Assembly: GCA_963169045.1 (NCBI GenBank)
Contig: CAUJDF010000105.1
Span: 9,086-73,085, forward strand
Direction of reading: 5' to 3'
Origin: Myxococcota bacterium
GTDB lineage: Bacteria > Myxococcota_A > Bradymonadia > UBA7976 > UBA1532
DNA length: 64,000 nucleotides
The stretch's first letter is position 1. Each line of letters begins with the position of its first letter. A program made the translations under genes and the position numbers. Below the pieces are notes generated by a model that had not been told where the DNA came from, did not search any database, and worked only from the letters and a program-made list of their open reading frames with translations. Positions 61,023 to 64,000 of the stretch are shown piece after piece.

Positions 61023-62144
61023 TTACGCGCGCTCGGCGAGGAGCAGCGTGTTGCGCGGCGTCACCTCGCGCGCGCAGAAGGTGCCGACCTCGACGCGGTA
61101 GCCGTGCTCGGTCAGGAGCGCGGCGCGGTCGAGCACCAGCCACGCCTCGAGCGGCGCCCGGAAGATCGCGCGCACGCGGTCGCGGGCGAGCACGCGCTGC
61201 AATCGATCGGCGCCGGCGCGCTCGAAGCGGGCGAGGTCGCCCCCCGGCAGGTCGAGCGCGTCGATCTCGGCGAACCGACGACAGAACGCGTCGAAGGGCA
61301 GCGCGAGCCACGCCCTCGGGAACGGCGGCATGGAGCGATACGCGTCGACGCCGCGCACCTCGCGCTGCAGGAGGTCGTAGCCGAGGCGGCGCGCCATCTC
61401 GAGGTGCGTGCGCGCGCGCTCCGCCGGGCCGGCGACGACCTGCTCGCGATGGACGAGGTCGAGGTCGTCGGCGTCGAGCGTCAGGCCCGCGGCGGCGCCG
61501 GCCCGAGACAGGGCGCCGGGCGCGCCGCGGTTGTAGCAGCACGGCGCGAGCGCCAGCCCCGCGACGCCGCGCGCGACGGCCGCGCGCAGCAGCGCCGCGT
61601 GCAGGTCGCCGCACGCGTGCAGCGCCACGACGAAGCCCTCGAGCACCTCGGCCGCCTCGGGGCGCAGGGCGTCGGCGCACACGAAGCGGGCCGGCACGCC
61701 GGCGGCGTCGCAGAGCGCCTGGCCAGCGCGGCACAGCGCCGCGTCCCACTCCAGCGCCGTCAGCGTGGCGCCGGACAGGCGCGCCAGCGTGCGTCCAAGG
61801 TGCCCCTTGCCTGCGCACCAATCGACGAGCGCCGGGGCCGCCGGGCAGGCCGCCGCGAACCCCGCGATCTGCATCGCCTTCCGGCCCGGAAGGCCGCGCG
61901 TCCACCGCGGGTCGAGCCGCACCGCCGGCGGGAAGGCCGGCATCGCCGCGAGCCGCCGCGTCTGCGCCTCCCAGGCGCGCCAGACCGCCGGCTCGGGCCC
62001 CGCGCCGTCGACGAACGCCGCGACGTCCGGGTGGTCGGCCTCCCACGGGACCGGCAGCTCGCAGAACGGCCGCGGCCGCCAGACGTGCGCGTGTCGGGCG
62101 AGGAACGCCCCGAGGGCGTCGAACTGGTCGGCGGACGACGACAC
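61023..62144 (-). CDS. Putative SAM-dependent methyltransferase-like protein (373 aa).
   Basis: A glycine-rich nucleotide-binding-like motif reads LVDWCAGKGHLGRTLA. It sits 28 bp upstream of the lipoprotein gene on the same strand. Confidence 0.6.
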   Translation of the reverse strand: MSSSADQFDALGAFLARHAHVWRPRPFCELPVPWEADHPDVAAFVDGAGPEPAVWRAWEAQTRRLAAMPAFPPAVRLDPRWTRGLPGRKAMQIAGFAAACPAAPALVDWCAGKGHLGRTLARLSGATLTALEWDAALCRAGQALCDAAGVPARFVCADALRPEAAEVLEGFVVALHACGDLHAALLRAAVARGVAGLALAPCCYNRGAPGALSRAGAAAGLTLDADDLDLVHREQVVAGPAERARTHLEMARRLGYDLLQREVRGVDAYRSMPPFPRAWLALPFDAFCRRFAEIDALDLPGGDLARFERAGADRLQRVLARDRVRAIFRAPLEAWLVLDRAALLTEHGYRVEVGTFCAREVTPRNTLLLAERA

Positions 62145-62275
62145 GGCGCGCTCTCCTGATCGCGGGTTTCTGCCAGAAGCCGGCGAAAAAAACGATGGGC
62201 GCCGTCAGAACGCGCGGCCGGCCGGCGAATGCCATTGCGAGCCCACACACACTGCCATCACAGAGGAGGTCCGCC

Positions 62276-64000
62276 ATGCGTCGTCTGTTGCTCGTCACCG
62301 GTCTGTCTGCCGTCCCCGCCGCCGCGCTCGCCGCCGCCGCGCCCGATCCCGTGCCGGCCGACGAGGTCCGGCTCGCCGGCGTCCAGCCGTCCGCGGCGCC
62401 GGCGCCGTTCACCGCGCAGCAGCGCGCCGCCGTCGAGGCTGACGAGGGCACGCTGTCGGCGCGTCCCATCCGTCAGACGAACGTCGGGACGTGGACCCGC
62501 TACACCGCGCTGGATCCGGTGCGCACCTACGACGCCGTCGCGGTGCCCGTGGGCACCCTGCCGGTGCGGATGTCGGCGGCGGACGTCATGCTGAACTACA
62601 ACCAGCGCAAGGTCGCGCTGCGCATCAACGACGGCCTCGACCGCGTCGGCGCCGACGTGCCGCCGGAGCTCGTCGACGCGTTCGGCCTCGACCACCTCGA
62701 CCTGATCGGCTCGCTGAAGCTCTACGAGTACGTCGGCAACTGCAACACGTACCGCCTGAAGCTGCGCAATGTGTTCATCGAGGTGCCGCTCACGAGCCGC
62801 TCGGTGGACGGACACTTCGAGACCGGCCGCGAGGTGAAGAGCGACTTCGACGTGCCCGGCGCGGTGGCCCACGCCGAGCTCGAGTGGACCATCACCGACA
62901 ACGGCTGCTTCATCGACATCATCCCGTCGATGGACATCGAGGCGTCCTTCACCGTCTCGGACTTGAGCGGGCACCTCGATGCCACCCTCGGCACGGATGG
63001 CGATGCCATCCAGATCGACGACATCGACTCGGTGTCGCTGACGGTCGGCGACTTCGACTGGGCGGTGAACTCCTGGTTCTTGAACACGGTCATCGCGTGC
63101 GGCTTCGCGCTCTACGACCTGTTCGACTTCTCGTGCTCCGGGCAGGCCGACTGCCTGACCGAGGCCGTCAACGAGTACGCGCTCGACGAACCGGAGCTCA
63201 TCGACGCCCTCGCCGGCGTGGTGAACGATGCCATCGACGCGCCGCTGTCGATCAGCTCCGGGACGAGCACCGACGGCTTCTCGATGGGCATCAACGTCGA
63301 CCTCGCCAGCATCAAGAGCTCGACGACGCACGACACGCTGACCTCGCTGTGGAACGTGACGCTCAGCTCGACCGGCGTCGCGGACGCTTGCGCCAGCCGA
63401 CTGACCGCCCGCGCCTACGCGTTCGAGGGCAGCACCGGCGACGCGTCGCTGACGGGCGACGACCTCGAGCTCGAGCTGCCGTTCCATCTCATCAGCCGCG
63501 CGGCGTACTTCGCCGGCCAGCAAGGGGTGTTCTGCCAGTCGTTCTCGAAGGTGGTGGGCGCGCGGTTCTATCGCTTCTCGCTGGCGCCGGTCGGATCGGT
63601 CGCCATCGCCGGCGCCGCCGCCGGCGAGCCCGAGAACACGTTGAAGCTGTCGATGCCCGTCGAGATCACCGCCAACGCCGCCGGCAGCGGCGGGGTGATC
63701 ACCGGCACGGTGACCGTGACCGGCCGCCTCGAGGTCGACGGCGGGCAGGACCTGGTGTTCTCGCCCACGACCGCCGACGTCTCCGGCATCGCCGGCACGA
63801 TCACCATCGGCGCGCTGTCCTTCCCGGCGGCGTCCCTCGAGGCGCAGATCGACGCCGCCGCCGGCGACATCGTGGGTGACCTCGGCGACCTCGAGCTGCT
63901 CAACGCCGTGGTCGACACGGGCATCGGCAGCCTCTCCGTCTCGATCGGCGAAGACATCCTGACGAGCGGGGCGGCGCTGGTGGTGGGGCTGGACCTGGAT
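62276..64000 (+). CDS. Partial CDS: a secreted hypothetical protein (more than 575 aa) that runs off the right edge.
   Basis: An ATG with an excellent SD (AGAGGAGG, 7 nt upstream). Signal peptide MRRLLLVTGLSAVPAAALAAAAP. GC3-rich. It is not in the ORF table because there is no stop in the window. The overlapping table ORFs (62491..63879 +, 62258..63523 -) are off-frame or antisense. Confidence 0.65.
   Translation, partial: MRRLLLVTGLSAVPAAALAAAAPDPVPADEVRLAGVQPSAAPAPFTAQQRAAVEADEGTLSARPIRQTNVGTWTRYTALDPVRTYDAVAVPVGTLPVRMSAADVMLNYNQRKVALRINDGLDRVGADVPPELVDAFGLDHLDLIGSLKLYEYVGNCNTYRLKLRNVFIEVPLTSRSVDGHFETGREVKSDFDVPGAVAHAELEWTITDNGCFIDIIPSMDIEASFTVSDLSGHLDATLGTDGDAIQIDDIDSVSLTVGDFDWAVNSWFLNTVIACGFALYDLFDFSCSGQADCLTEAVNEYALDEPELIDALAGVVNDAIDAPLSISSGTSTDGFSMGINVDLASIKSSTTHDTLTSLWNVTLSSTGVADACASRLTARAYAFEGSTGDASLTGDDLELELPFHLISRAAYFAGQQGVFCQSFSKVVGARFYRFSLAPVGSVAIAGAAAGEPENTLKLSMPVEITANAAGSGGVITGTVTVTGRLEVDGGQDLVFSPTTADVSGIAGTITIGALSFPAASLEAQIDAAAGDIVGDLGDLELLNAVVDTGIGSLSVSIGEDILTSGAALVVGLDLD

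Noticed and set aside
62258-63879. Table ORFs 62258..63523 (-) and 62491..63879 (+)
   Set aside because: They are antisense or +1 frame relative to a well-supported plus-strand secreted-protein gene starting at about 62276. That gene has an SD and a signal peptide and runs off the window, so it is absent from the table.

Overview
The window is about 72% GC, with strong GC3 codon bias and no tRNA, rRNA or CRISPR signal. It is a Myxococcota-type chromosome segment: there is a MYXO-CTERM sorting tail, Myxococcus-type CxxCxxDDDCDG cysteine repeats, many lipoproteins with lipobox-Cys followed by Asp/Ala/Pro-rich linkers, and a divergent type-IV-pilin-like domain. I call about 45 protein-coding genes. 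Most of the long ORFs in the six-frame track are antisense or off-frame artefacts of the GC content (Arg/Pro/Ala-rich).

The most notable items are:
- a single 1299-aa polypeptide fusing a complete topoisomerase III to a RecQ helicase;
- a 2209-aa lipoprotein built from about 12 tandem PPC domains;
- a three-gene ion-transport cluster (NhaP antiporter, an RCK/cNMP-binding regulator, and an RCK-gated K+ channel);
- a stator-like MotA/ExbB plus ExbD-vWA plus OmpA module;
- an ECF41-type sigma factor operon;
- a decayed locus with an internally deleted ISAs1 transposase and a frameshifted UvrA-like fragment.

Coordinates taken from ORF-table arithmetic should be exact. Hand-indexed positions (palindromes, promoter elements) may be off by 1-2 nt, because my position counts disagreed with the table by one base at a few places.
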